NCBI GenBank assembly: GCA_963748825.1
Contig: CAVVKN010000021.1
Span: 34,560-98,559 of the forward strand
From: Methanotrichaceae archaeon
Lineage (GTDB): Archaea > Halobacteriota > Methanosarcinia > Methanotrichales > Methanotrichaceae
Reading direction: 5' to 3'
DNA length: 64,000 bases
Part shown: in pieces, positions 41,379 to 51,288 of the stretch
Numbering within the stretch: the stretch's first letter is position 1
How the letters are laid out: every line of letters begins with the position of its first letter
The notes under the pieces: model-generated
Told to the model about the DNA's origin: nothing
The model's database searches: none
What the model saw: the letters and a program-made list of their open reading frames with translations, nothing else
Program-made: the position numbers and the translations under genes

Positions 41379-43859
41379 ATGGCCGGAAATAAAAAGTCGG
41401 AGCTGAAGGTAGCGGGCATGGTTTGCGCCGCCTGCACGCAGGCAATCGAGAAGTCTCTGCGCAATCTGGACGGAGTCGTATCCGCTCAGGTCAACCTGGG
41501 GACGGAGACGGCATCGGTAGAATACGATCCAGAGAAGCTGCGCCTTGTCGATCTTGAAAAGGCGATAAGGGACACGGGCTACGATGTGATTGATGAGAAG
41601 GTAGTGCTCAGAATAGGCGGCATGGTCTGCGCCATGTGTGTGGGGGCGCTGGAGATTGCCCTCAAGAAGCTGGACGGCGTAGTGGACGTGCGCGTGAACC
41701 TGGCTTCAGAAAAAGCCTACATCACTTTCAATCCCCGCATGGTTGGCCTGGAGGACATGAAGAAGGCCGTTCTTGATACTGGCTATCAATTTCTGGGCCT
41801 CGCTGGAGAAGAAGCTCTGGCTGATCGAGAGAAAGAGGCCCTTCTAAAGGATTTGAAAGACAAGAAGCGGCGCATCATCATCGGCTTTGCCACCAGCTTC
41901 TTTCTCATGGCTCTGATGTATCTGCCTGTGCACAAAGTCGTCCCCATGCAGTTCGCCATGGCCGTCCCCAATTTTATGGGCCTCTTCATGCTCATAGTAT
42001 CGGCTCCTGTCTTTGTCTATGTGAGCTACCCCATCTTCCGGGCCGCTCTGCGGGCGCTTTCTAACAGGAATCTGGACATGGATGTCATGTACGGCATGGG
42101 CATTGGCGTGGCCTATGGCTCCAGCATTCTAGGAACCTTCGCAGTTGTGCTCACATCCGATTTCATGTTTTATGAGACGGCGGTCATGCTGGCCACTTTC
42201 CTCACGCTGGGCCGCTACTTAGAAGCCAGGGCAAAAGGCCGCACCTCGGAGGCCATCAAAAAGCTGGTGGGCCTTGTGCCCAAGAGGGCCACCATTCTAA
42301 AGGAAGGGCGAGAGATTGAGGTGGCCGTGGAAGAGGTGTTAGTGGGCGATGTTCTCCTGGTCAAGCCCGGCGAAAAGATTCCGGCGGACGGCGTGGTTAT
42401 GGAGGGAGAAAGCTACGTGGATGAAGCCATGATCACGGGCGAGAGCATTCCTGCCCTGAAAGAGCCGGGTAGCAAGGTAGTGGGCGGCACCCTCAACAAA
42501 AACGGCTCTCTCAAGTTCACTGCCAACCGGGTAGGAAGAGACACCGTCCTGGCGCAGATCATCTCCCTGGTGGAGGAAGCACAGGGGTCAAGGCCCGCCG
42601 TGCAGAGGATCGCCGACCGGGCTGTGGCTTATTTCATCCCCACCATCCTTGCAATTGCTTTCGCGGCATTTGTTTACTGGTATTTTGTGGCCCATAATAC
42701 TCTGCTCTTCTCCCTTACCGCACTGATATCCGTATTAGTAGTAGCCTGCCCCTGTGCTCTGGGCCTGGCCACTCCCACTGCCATTACGGTTGGCATTGGC
42801 AGGGGCGCGGAGCTTGGCATTCTCATCAAGAGCGGCGAGGCTTTAGAGTCCTCAGAGAAGCTCAACGTCGTCGCCTTCGATAAGACCGGCACTCTGACGG
42901 TGGGCAGACCGGATGTTACAGACATAGCGGCTCTGGGAGTAGACGAAAAGGAGATGCTGCGCCTGGCAGCTTCAGCAGAAAAGCCTTCGGAGCACCCACT
43001 GGCGGAAGCTGTCGTCCGCAAAGCCCAGGAGCAGGGGCTTGATCTGGCCAATGCGGAAAAATTCGAGGCCCGGCCGGGAAAAGGCGTACTGGCCCAGGTT
43101 GAAGGGAGGAGCGTGATAGCTGGAAACAGGATGCTTTTCACGGATGTGGGCATTGAAATCATCCCCGAGCTGCTCGAAAAAGCTTCGGGCTATGAAGAGC
43201 AGGGAAAGACGGCCATGCTCATCGCCCTGGACGGCCGGGCCTGCGCAGTTTTGGCCATTTCTGACCGGCTAAAGGCATCTGCCCAGGAAGCAGTATCTGA
43301 TCTTCAGAGGATGAATTTGTCTGTGGTGATGATCACCGGCGACAATGCACGAAGTGCGGCAGCGGTAGCTGGCCTGCTGGGCATAAAAACCGTTCTCTCA
43401 GAGGTTTTGCCGGAAGATAAATCCAATGAGATCAAGAGACTGCAACAGAGTGGAAGCAGGGTGGCCTTTGTGGGCGACGGCATCAATGATGCTCCGGCTC
43501 TGGCCCAGGCCGATGTGGGCATTGCGATTGGCAGCGGCACAGATGTGGCCATTGAGACCGGCGAGATTGTATTGATGAAAGACGACCTGCTGGATGTCGT
43601 GGCAGCCATTGAGCTCAGTCGCAAGGTGATCTCGCGAATCAAGCTGAACATCTTCTGGGCCTTTGCCTACAACGTGGCCCTGGTTCCAGTGGCAGCGGGC
43701 GCGCTCTATCCGGCATTCGGCATAACCTTCCGCCCAGAGCTGGCGGGTCTCGCCATGGCCCTCAGCTCTGTGACCGTCATCTCCTTCTCGCTCCTGCTCA
43801 AAAAGTATATACCGCCGGCAATACAAAATAGAAACATAGGCAAGAAAATAGGAGGCTAA
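41379..43859 (+). CDS. copA: Cu(I)-translocating P1B ATPase
   Basis: Two GMxCxxC HMA domains, TGES, CPCALGLA, DKTGT, SEHPL, GDGINDAP, YN and MALSS. Confidence 0.95.
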   Translation: MAGNKKSELKVAGMVCAACTQAIEKSLRNLDGVVSAQVNLGTETASVEYDPEKLRLVDLEKAIRDTGYDVIDEKVVLRIGGMVCAMCVGALEIALKKLDGVVDVRVNLASEKAYITFNPRMVGLEDMKKAVLDTGYQFLGLAGEEALADREKEALLKDLKDKKRRIIIGFATSFFLMALMYLPVHKVVPMQFAMAVPNFMGLFMLIVSAPVFVYVSYPIFRAALRALSNRNLDMDVMYGMGIGVAYGSSILGTFAVVLTSDFMFYETAVMLATFLTLGRYLEARAKGRTSEAIKKLVGLVPKRATILKEGREIEVAVEEVLVGDVLLVKPGEKIPADGVVMEGESYVDEAMITGESIPALKEPGSKVVGGTLNKNGSLKFTANRVGRDTVLAQIISLVEEAQGSRPAVQRIADRAVAYFIPTILAIAFAAFVYWYFVAHNTLLFSLTALISVLVVACPCALGLATPTAITVGIGRGAELGILIKSGEALESSEKLNVVAFDKTGTLTVGRPDVTDIAALGVDEKEMLRLAASAEKPSEHPLAEAVVRKAQEQGLDLANAEKFEARPGKGVLAQVEGRSVIAGNRMLFTDVGIEIIPELLEKASGYEEQGKTAMLIALDGRACAVLAISDRLKASAQEAVSDLQRMNLSVVMITGDNARSAAAVAGLLGIKTVLSEVLPEDKSNEIKRLQQSGSRVAFVGDGINDAPALAQADVGIAIGSGTDVAIETGEIVLMKDDLLDVVAAIELSRKVISRIKLNIFWAFAYNVALVPVAAGALYPAFGITFRPELAGLAMALSSVTVISFSLLLKKYIPPAIQNRNIGKKIGG

Positions 43860-43862
43860 AAA

Positions 43863-44009
43863 ATGGCAATAGATCCGATATGCAAGATGACCGTCGACGA
43901 GAAGACTGCCAAGCTCAAGAGCGAGTATAAAGGCAAAACGTACTACTTCTGCGCGCCGGGATGCAAGAAGGCCTTTGAGGAAAATCCGGAAAAGTATCTG
44001 GGAAGCTAG
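43863..44009 (+). CDS. YHS/TRASH domain metal chaperone
   Basis: 48-aa ORF absent from the track: DPICKMTV...YKGKTYYFCAPGCK..F..NPEKY. Confidence 0.92.
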   Translation: MAIDPICKMTVDEKTAKLKSEYKGKTYYFCAPGCKKAFEENPEKYLGS

Positions 44010-44167
44010 GCGCGGCGTGGGATGGCGCTCGAAATTTTTGCTATTGAAGAGAATAATCCCAAATGAATCTTGAAAGGCCAGCAAGCAGGCCAAAGGCGCC
44101 GTGGAGTTCGTCATGACCGGCAAGCTTCCGGAGGAGAGAGGGCGTGCAACCGCTACGGCTCAAGCCC

Positions 44168-44331
44168 TATCTGCGCCAGTCCTTTGAGATCGATCCCGAG
44201 GACCCCAGACCGTGTACGGCCTCGCCTTCGCTTATATGGGGCTGAGAGATATCGAGCAGGCACAAAACCATTTCCAAAAGGTGTTGGCGATGGAGGCACC
44301 CGAGGACCTGCGCGGTCTGGCCAGGAATTAG
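44168..44331 (+). pseudogene. TPR gene fragment
   Basis: YLRQSFEIDPEDP / TVYGLAFAYMGLRDIEQAQNHFQKVL across a frameshift. Confidence 0.6.
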
Positions 44332-45783
44332 TCATGAACGATTGCTCTCAAGAAATAAACGCCCCTTTCCCGTAAGCCGGTATCTCTGTTTGCTGCTGTG
44401 CGGTTTATCGGGCAGCGTCATCTCTATCAAGTTATTCTTGATGGCTGGCAATAGGTATGCTTTTCTGAAGTGTTCGTCATCCTTCAGACCAAGAAGGCAC
44501 TGCAGATCTCGCCGCTGCATATCCCCCACAAATGCCCTAAGCATCTGCAAGACTTCCGGGGTAACTTGCAGGGCAACTTCCTGGGTGACTTCCGGGGTAA
44601 CTTCCGTGGTGACTTCCGGAGCAAAAAATGTCAGAGTTACACCTGTCTTTTCATCGGATGTCCAAACGGGCTCTGCAAGCCCCCTTTCTTTGCATTTTCT
44701 CAAGATTAGGACACTACCACGCCCTATCTTCTCCATAAAGCCACGTAAATAAAGAACATGTGCGATATCGGGGTTCCTAAGCACGGAAAGATGTCCGTTG
44801 ATCAGTGTCTCTGGGGTAATCCCTTCCGGCAAGCTGCCTGAGTTCCAGATTTCCAGTCGTTTTGGGTAAATATGCACCGCAATGCCGCCGGAAGAGTCGG
44901 TATAGTCCCGGTGTGCAAATGCATTGACCAAACCTTCACGTAACGCCTCCGGTGGATAGAGAAATTCATCCAGGCGTTGCAGCCCGTTCTTTGGAAACGT
45001 CGCAGTTGTCGGTGTATTGCGGATAATAAAATCGTATGCCTGTTCGAGCACAGGAACCAGCGGCCCCTCAAAAGACTTCATGTCTCTAAAGGTATTGCCG
45101 GCTTTGTCTGAAGCAAAATATGCAGCCCTTACGCGAACCTGCGGCAATCTTTTTGCAGGATTTCGGCCAAACAAAACGTCGCCACCGTTTGTCAGCCTTC
45201 CATACTTGGCAACTGATAGGTCTTCAAGTATTGCGTAGGGATTTTCTGCGTCCCTGAAAAAAGCACGCCTAACTTTTTGAATATTCGCTACAGCAGAACG
45301 GATTTCATCCGTATCAATATCGTGTTCTATATCGGCAGAAGAGAAGCGTCTCTCCCATCTTTCCGGTTCCACTTGCTTACGCAGCACCATATCACGGATG
45401 GTATCGATATCTGCCTTTTGGGTTGATTGGCCTACCCGAAGATAAATGGCATCTCGGAATGCATAGGGCAGATCTTTGCCGGCTGGAACCTCAATAACGA
45501 GCAAAGCCTTCCCTTCAACTTCTTGCACCTGGACGGAGACCAGTGATCTTGGGGAAAGATGCTCTTGCAGAATCTCTTCGATATTCTTTGCCATATTATT
45601 TGGATTATCGACACCGAGCAGTTGCCCCTGGTCACCCATACCGCATACCAGGTAACCGCCGACAGAATTAAGGAAACCGCAGATTGTCCGACCAATGACA
45701 TTGAGGTTTTCGCAATGAGATTTGAACTCGACGTTCCGACTCTTGCCAAGAAGAAGGATTTCTTTAAGCTCTTCTTTCTTCAT
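44332..45783 (-). CDS. AlbA_2 (Schlafen-like) + HATPase_c_4 + C-terminal HTH protein
   Basis: VEFKS, ICGFLNS.GG, REGLVNAFAHRDY, RNP.IA, GRG, PDKPHS.KQRYRLT; 12-bp EVT repeats at 44551-44620. Confidence 0.9.
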   Translation of the reverse strand: MKKEELKEILLLGKSRNVEFKSHCENLNVIGRTICGFLNSVGGYLVCGMGDQGQLLGVDNPNNMAKNIEEILQEHLSPRSLVSVQVQEVEGKALLVIEVPAGKDLPYAFRDAIYLRVGQSTQKADIDTIRDMVLRKQVEPERWERRFSSADIEHDIDTDEIRSAVANIQKVRRAFFRDAENPYAILEDLSVAKYGRLTNGGDVLFGRNPAKRLPQVRVRAAYFASDKAGNTFRDMKSFEGPLVPVLEQAYDFIIRNTPTTATFPKNGLQRLDEFLYPPEALREGLVNAFAHRDYTDSSGGIAVHIYPKRLEIWNSGSLPEGITPETLINGHLSVLRNPDIAHVLYLRGFMEKIGRGSVLILRKCKERGLAEPVWTSDEKTGVTLTFFAPEVTTEVTPEVTQEVALQVTPEVLQMLRAFVGDMQRRDLQCLLGLKDDEHFRKAYLLPAIKNNLIEMTLPDKPHSSKQRYRLTGKGRLFLESNRS

Positions 45784-46418
45784 GAATGTCCTCCATTATC
45801 CTGAAGCGTTCTGATGATGCGGTCTTTGTCGGAAAAGTTCTCCTGCAAAAACGCCTCAACCTCTTGATAGCGAGAAAACTGGGCAGTGGCGAATAGCGCA
45901 GCATCATCGTCCGTGGAGAATTTTTGAACCCAATCGCCCTGCCTATCTCGGATGGGCTTTTGGGAGAGAATGGCTTCTTCGTACATGTCGATAACGCGAA
46001 GATCATCCATTAATTGATTCTGCTTTAGCGAGAGCCTTTTTCGGCCTGTCCCACCCTCATAGATTATATTGTCCAGAAGCGATTTGGCAAAGACCACATG
46101 ATCATGCGCAAGAAGCCAGCGAGGTTTATTCAGCTCAATGGCTTTTCGAATCTCTCTTTGAGTGATGGAAAGTCCTGCCTCATCTTTTCCACTTCCGTAG
46201 TGAGGGGTAATGAGCCCAAAAAACAGGTCACATTTCTCTACCGCTGCCAGGCAGTTTTCGAAGGCCGAGATATTGGAAAAAACCGGCATTGTTCCTTTAT
46301 GCGACATCCAGACTTCGTAACCGAATGCGGTCAATAGTGTGTAGATTCGATCCAGTAGCTCTTCGTATCCATACACGGTGGATGAAACCATGACAATGAG
46401 CTTTTTGCCGTCCAACAT
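45780..46418 (-). CDS. DUF4062 domain protein
   Basis: VMVSSTV, CL.AVEKCDLF.G.I...YGS, SIT..E...A. Confidence 0.85.
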   Translation of the reverse strand: MLDGKKLIVMVSSTVYGYEELLDRIYTLLTAFGYEVWMSHKGTMPVFSNISAFENCLAAVEKCDLFFGLITPHYGSGKDEAGLSITQREIRKAIELNKPRWLLAHDHVVFAKSLLDNIIYEGGTGRKRLSLKQNQLMDDLRVIDMYEEAILSQKPIRDRQGDWVQKFSTDDDAALFATAQFSRYQEVEAFLQENFSDKDRIIRTLQDNGGHS

Positions 46419-46530
46419 CTTGTGTCTCCCTCGACCATCCTGCTATTTCCTTGTCCGCAGCCTAATCCTTTTGTCCCGACACACGTCATATCTCGAAACT
46501 TCAATATCTGGAAGCTATCACGAACGACCA

Positions 46531-46710
46531 CCTCATCCGCGCCCTTCAGCTCCTCCAGCTCGCGCCCCCGCCTCCGCGCGGCCCCGGCGCTCGGCTACCT
46601 GCGGGCGTGCGACCTCCTGCGGGCCAGGGAGTACACCATGCAGGCTCTGGCAGCCGATCCCAGGAATCGCGTGGCCCTTAGGAACCTGGGCGTCGTCTCG
46701 GTAAGGAGGG
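46531..46710 (+). pseudogene. TPR gene fragment
   Basis: ALGYLRACDLLRAREYTMQALAADPRNRVALRNLG; GC-rich, no proper start. Confidence 0.6.
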
Positions 46711-46856
46711 TGGCAGACTGCGGGTACCATGTACGCCGACTTCAAGAGGATGATCTTGCCTTGTGCAAATGGCAAGAATTTTTCTAAGGATCTCAATATT
46801 GGCAGGAAGTGCAGGAGTACTTCGATGTTCTCCTCCATTTTGAATTTCATTTTCTC

Positions 46857-48641
46857 TCATTCATAATTGTCATCATCTAATGAATCATTATCAGCATCGC
46901 AGTTAATATTTGTACTTCTTGTACCGCGATATTTTGCTAGGATCTCAGGCAGGAGTTGCGGATACGGCCATATCTTTATTACATCCTCAGCAAGAGTTTG
47001 AGCTCGCGCTCTGATCTCATGCTCATTCCAATGATCGTTGCGACCAAGTCCATTATTAAGACGCAGAGGGCAATTTCCCAATCCAATCGGATGATTATGT
47101 TCATCTACAAGGTCCCGTTTTTTTAAGAACGGACGATTAGAATATTCTGTGTTGTAAGCTGCTAAGGTCAGGTTACCGATATTATGGAGATAATTGCTAT
47201 GAATCTCTGCCCAATTTTCACCCAATTCCTCCTTCCATTCATCGGATAGAGTCTGGGGCATTATATGCTCCACTGTGCATTTATTGACATTGATGGCCTT
47301 ATTAGCATTGGGTTTTTCAAGCTTAGTCAGATAGTATCTGCAATTACGGAAGTGGTAGAGATCCTTAACCATCATTTCCCTTTTGAACTCATCGTCATCA
47401 GGAAAACGCCGATTGGATTCCTTTAGCATAAGGGCAGCCTTGAAACTCTCAAGATAATGTTCTCTATTTTTGGCTAATTCTTTGCTTAGTGTGGCAAAGG
47501 TTTTATTAAGTGAATTTGGTGGTATGCCGCAAATTGCCCTTCTGAAGACATAACTTTCTATAAGCTTTAGTATCTCGATAAACTCTTCTCTTGTAATCAT
47601 TTTCTGGCAAAAATCATCATAGATCTCCATGAGAAAAGTGTACGCAACATCGACTCTTAGATCCTTGATATCCTTTAAAATGCTCCCTATATCATCTTCT
47701 TCGTTTGATGAGGATAATTTGATATAATATCCAGAATATTTATAGATATCTTTCATAATATCTTTTATATCCAGATTTTTTGAACGAACATAGCGCTGGA
47801 ACTCAGCATAAACCTCCCTGAACGCAGGGATGATTCCCCCATTCATGATAGTAAGATAATCCCTAATGAAGCGATCAATCTGCTCCGATTGTCCGGAATC
47901 GAAAAAGCTCTTTTCCATTTTGGACCAGTAATTAATATAAAGATCCTCTTGCTCTTTTGGATCTAGGCCCATCAGGAAGAAGTTTCTTATTAAATCCGCT
48001 TTAGAGAGCCCTAAGCCTGTTGAGTTTAAGCTCTCGAATATACGTTGTGGATCGTCTTCACCATATTTTAAGGAAACGCTAACGATCATAAGCTTACTAA
48101 TTCCCTGATAGAGTTTGACCAAATCTACAGAATTTTCAAAAATTCTTTTCTCGAAAAAATTGTAATTTTCAATAATCCTTGATTGGGTTTTGGGTAACTC
48201 CTTTCCATCCAATAGAGCAAAATATATATCTCGATCGCTCTTTGTAGGTTTCAACCTATAATGCAGGTCACCACTTTCAAATTTATTGAATAATAAATGC
48301 TCATTGATCTTTTGACTGATATTTAGAGTATTATCGAATTTTTCCATATATTTGGCAAGAGATGCCAAGAGCAGTGAAACTGTTACAAGACGTTGTTGGC
48401 CATCTATTATTTGCAGCTCTGAGACTTCTAATGGGCTTTTTTCCTCACCACCTTGAATGTAAACTATAGATCCAATGAAGTGACCCGCGGCGCCTGGGTC
48501 ATTTGCAGCTCTCAGTATGTCCTTCCAAAGTTGCTTACAGTGATTTTCTTCCCAGCGATAAGTTCGTTGATATATTGGGATAACGAATTGCTTATTCTGA
48601 AGCTGAAGCAGCTCGAATAGATTTGTTCCTTCCGCTTTCAT
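46857..48641 (-). CDS. gmrSD: Fused GmrSD-type (DUF262 + DUF1524) modification-dependent endonuclease
   Basis: IPIYQR.Y.W, IIDGQQRL, IFESLNSTG, HNH-type VEHIMPQ..IGNLTL..N...SN. Confidence 0.9.
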   Translation of the reverse strand: MKAEGTNLFELLQLQNKQFVIPIYQRTYRWEENHCKQLWKDILRAANDPGAAGHFIGSIVYIQGGEEKSPLEVSELQIIDGQQRLVTVSLLLASLAKYMEKFDNTLNISQKINEHLLFNKFESGDLHYRLKPTKSDRDIYFALLDGKELPKTQSRIIENYNFFEKRIFENSVDLVKLYQGISKLMIVSVSLKYGEDDPQRIFESLNSTGLGLSKADLIRNFFLMGLDPKEQEDLYINYWSKMEKSFFDSGQSEQIDRFIRDYLTIMNGGIIPAFREVYAEFQRYVRSKNLDIKDIMKDIYKYSGYYIKLSSSNEEDDIGSILKDIKDLRVDVAYTFLMEIYDDFCQKMITREEFIEILKLIESYVFRRAICGIPPNSLNKTFATLSKELAKNREHYLESFKAALMLKESNRRFPDDDEFKREMMVKDLYHFRNCRYYLTKLEKPNANKAINVNKCTVEHIMPQTLSDEWKEELGENWAEIHSNYLHNIGNLTLAAYNTEYSNRPFLKKRDLVDEHNHPIGLGNCPLRLNNGLGRNDHWNEHEIRARAQTLAEDVIKIWPYPQLLPEILAKYRGTRSTNINCDADNDSLDDDNYE

Positions 48642-49116
48642 CTGATTATTTCCCCTTGATTAATTTCCCCGTCATGCTTCATACAATATCCACTATTTAC
48701 ATCTTGGGATAGTTTACCGAGTCGGACGATGAGATAATTTTCCCTGTTGAATGCTCCAGGCAACAGCTTGAATATATCGCACGTGTTTAGAACCCTCTTA
48801 ATCGCTCGCTTGATGCTTTTTTATCAACGAAGTTGTGCCGACCGAGCGCCTTTGTGCTTTTTGGTTTCATTCTTCACCCAGAAGACGTCCAGCCCCTCTT
48901 CCCATCCCGCCCTGATCTCTGCCGTGCGCCGCCCTCGGCCCGCGCAGTCTCTCGCCTTTCCCGCAGCCGGGCCCGGCTGTCCGCCGGCTCCCCCAGTCCC
49001 TCCAGATCTGCGACGACGACAAGGGCGACGCTGAGCTTGAGGCTCTCAGCCCGGTGCTGCTTGATGCGCTTGTCCATGTTCCAAGAATTACCAATGATCC
49101 ATAAATTGTTGGTAAA

Positions 49117-50553
49117 TTATTGGTATCCTGGCAAGTAGCGGGCGTCCCTATAGCGCCCCTCTTTTCGCAGTTGTCCCGCCTTCTGCATCTTCTGCAGCAG
49201 ATACCTTGCCCTAGCTTCGTTTACGTCCAGCATCTCCTGGGCATCAGCCCTTTTTATGAAGCCGTGCTTCTTTACGTAGGCGAGGATTCTTTGCTCTTCG
49301 TCTGCAAGAGGCGTTTCGATCTGGGTTTTTTGATAGAACTTCACCAGAAACGCCGTCCTCCTGTCCTCGAATACCGGCGCTGGCAGCCCCCTCTTCTGCA
49401 TGGCATCCAGCATGGCATCTATGCCGCTGCCCCTGTTCTCCACGAGGTGGACATCCTCCATCAGATGCATGAGCAGCCGGTTCCTGGTGGACTGTCCTTC
49501 CTGCAATTTATCGATGGTCACCCTGCCATAGAGCCCTCCTGGGTTCTCGACCTCCAGGCGATCGGCAAACATCCGCACCTGAATGTGGCTGCCGCGCACG
49601 AAGTGGCTGTAGTCCCGGTGGGCTACAGCATTGACTATGGCCTCCCGTAAGGCAACCTCCGGGTACTCATAAATGTCCTGCCTGGTAACGCCTCGGATAA
49701 GGCTGCCCTTGCGCATGCTGGCCATCACGTAGGCCACAGCGTCATCAATAATCTCTTTTATCGTGCCCTCGAACTTGCGGTTATCCAGGAAACGCTCTCC
49801 TGATGGGGCTTCCTCTGTCTTCGTGGTGCCATAAAATTGCAGATAAGCTATGAAGAGTTGAAGCTCAAAGATCTGGGGATAAACGCCGAACATCAGCATC
49901 CCGGCAAGTGTGGGATGCGGGACACCTTCGACTTCGGCGACAATCTGAAGCTGTTTCAAGATTTGCTCAAAGGGCAGATTCCAGTAAGGTGCATTGGGAC
50001 GAGCTTCCTTTCTCCGCACCAGGTATTCCTCCAGCTTCGCTCTGTCCAGGTCCTGCAGCGTGGCTCTGAGGATCGGTTCCTCGTCGAACATAGGCTGGGT
50101 GCGGGAGCTTATGAAGCTGAAAATCTCGTAGTCGCTCATCCGCCGGGTGGAGTTTCCCACGCGAATGAAGGATCCTTCCTGGAGACGGTGCGGGCGGTGG
50201 TAGCAGGGCTTCTGATCATAGGCGACCTCCGGAACTCCTACGGCCACCACAGTCCCTCCCTCGATCTCCTCCACAGAGAAGCTGGGGCGAAGAGGCGGCT
50301 CCATCTGGGCTGCCAGGCCGCTGAGGTCCTCCTGGAGCTTGCGGGGGTTGCCCACGCCCACGACCTTGAAGCCGGCGTCCTCGTCCAGGCCGAAGAGCAG
50401 TATCCCGCCTCCTGGCCGGTTGGCGAAGGCGGAAAGGGGCTTGAAGAGGTCTGCGGGGGTGCCTGTGTGGGCGGCCTTGGCCTCCACGCCCTCGAGCTCT
50501 CCGTGCCGGCGGCGCAGTTCGGAGACGAGGCGGAGGATTGAGACGTGGTCCAT
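49117..50553 (-). CDS. AlbA_2 (Schlafen-like) + HATPase_c_4 + wHTH protein
   Basis: VEAK, SAFANR.GG..LFG, ALREAIVNAVAHRDY, RN..L, VENRGSG. Confidence 0.9.
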   Translation of the reverse strand: MDHVSILRLVSELRRRHGELEGVEAKAAHTGTPADLFKPLSAFANRPGGGILLFGLDEDAGFKVVGVGNPRKLQEDLSGLAAQMEPPLRPSFSVEEIEGGTVVAVGVPEVAYDQKPCYHRPHRLQEGSFIRVGNSTRRMSDYEIFSFISSRTQPMFDEEPILRATLQDLDRAKLEEYLVRRKEARPNAPYWNLPFEQILKQLQIVAEVEGVPHPTLAGMLMFGVYPQIFELQLFIAYLQFYGTTKTEEAPSGERFLDNRKFEGTIKEIIDDAVAYVMASMRKGSLIRGVTRQDIYEYPEVALREAIVNAVAHRDYSHFVRGSHIQVRMFADRLEVENPGGLYGRVTIDKLQEGQSTRNRLLMHLMEDVHLVENRGSGIDAMLDAMQKRGLPAPVFEDRRTAFLVKFYQKTQIETPLADEEQRILAYVKKHGFIKRADAQEMLDVNEARARYLLQKMQKAGQLRKEGRYRDARYLPGYQ

Positions 50554-50683
50554 CTGATTGTCCTATGAATGTTGCTTCTTTATCTCGCTTTGGGAAAGAA
50601 GGTTCGCTCTATCCCAGCTCTTGCAATCCGCTTGAGCTGCAATAAAAATCAAAAACATGTATTTATAAAAAATATAAAATGAT

Positions 50684-51097
50684 TTATGCTTTTATCCGGT
50701 AAAGCCTATCAATGGCCACAGACGCATTTTCTCCATCCGCAAGATACATCAACTCCATCTCATCGTTGGAAATGATCGTCCCCAGGGAATAGCCCTTATC
50801 AAACTCGGCGATAGAGAGCGTTTTATTATCCAAACCAATGGCACCTGCAAAACCTTTGCCGCCCTCCGTCTCGTTATTCAGCTTGAATGTCATATTTCCG
50901 GCGAAGATGCGGCCCTCCTGCTCTGTGACAGTAAGAATGATGCTTCCGTTTTCTGTCGAATTGGAGTAACCTATTCCTTCATCATACGCACTCCACGAAC
51001 CAGTCCATTCCCCTAGCAGGTTTGGAACTTCCGCCGCACAGATACCCGTGGCCAAGAAGACCATGGCCAACATTGCAAAACACCAAATCTGTTTCAT
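50684..51097 (-). CDS. Secreted hypothetical beta-barrel-like protein
   Basis: Signal peptide, VPNLLGEWTG, EQEGRIFAG. Confidence 0.75.
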   Translation of the reverse strand: MKQIWCFAMLAMVFLATGICAAEVPNLLGEWTGSWSAYDEGIGYSNSTENGSIILTVTEQEGRIFAGNMTFKLNNETEGGKGFAGAIGLDNKTLSIAEFDKGYSLGTIISNDEMELMYLADGENASVAIDRLYRIKA

Positions 51098-51248
51098 AGA
51101 TATTTATCCGTCGTTCATATATTATAAATTTTTCTTAATGTAGATGGTGCTCAGCTCCTCCCCCCGGCCCTCCTGCTGGCAGGCCGCCCGCTCCCAGGTT
51201 TCCTGCTCCCTGCCCAGTGGCTGCTTCACGACATTTTATCTTTAATCA

Positions 51249-51276
51249 AGATCACATTTATATAGATTATTGATCT
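51249..51276 (+). promoter_or_regulatory. TATA box flanked by inverted AGATCA/TGATCT arms
   Basis: AGATCA-CATTTATATAGATTAT-TGATCT; TATA lies about 25 bp before ATG 51289 (leaderless spacing). Confidence 0.5.
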
Positions 51277-51288
51277 AATTTAAAGAGA

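Noticed and set aside
44551-44620. 12-bp EVT tandem repeat as a novel element
   Set aside because: Short tetrapeptide-repeat linkers before the C-terminal HTH are common in this protein family.
48867-49094. Small GC-rich ORFs between gmrSD and the AlbA_2 gene
   Set aside because: Overlapping frames with no recognisable motif; probably a decayed relic, so not called as a CDS.
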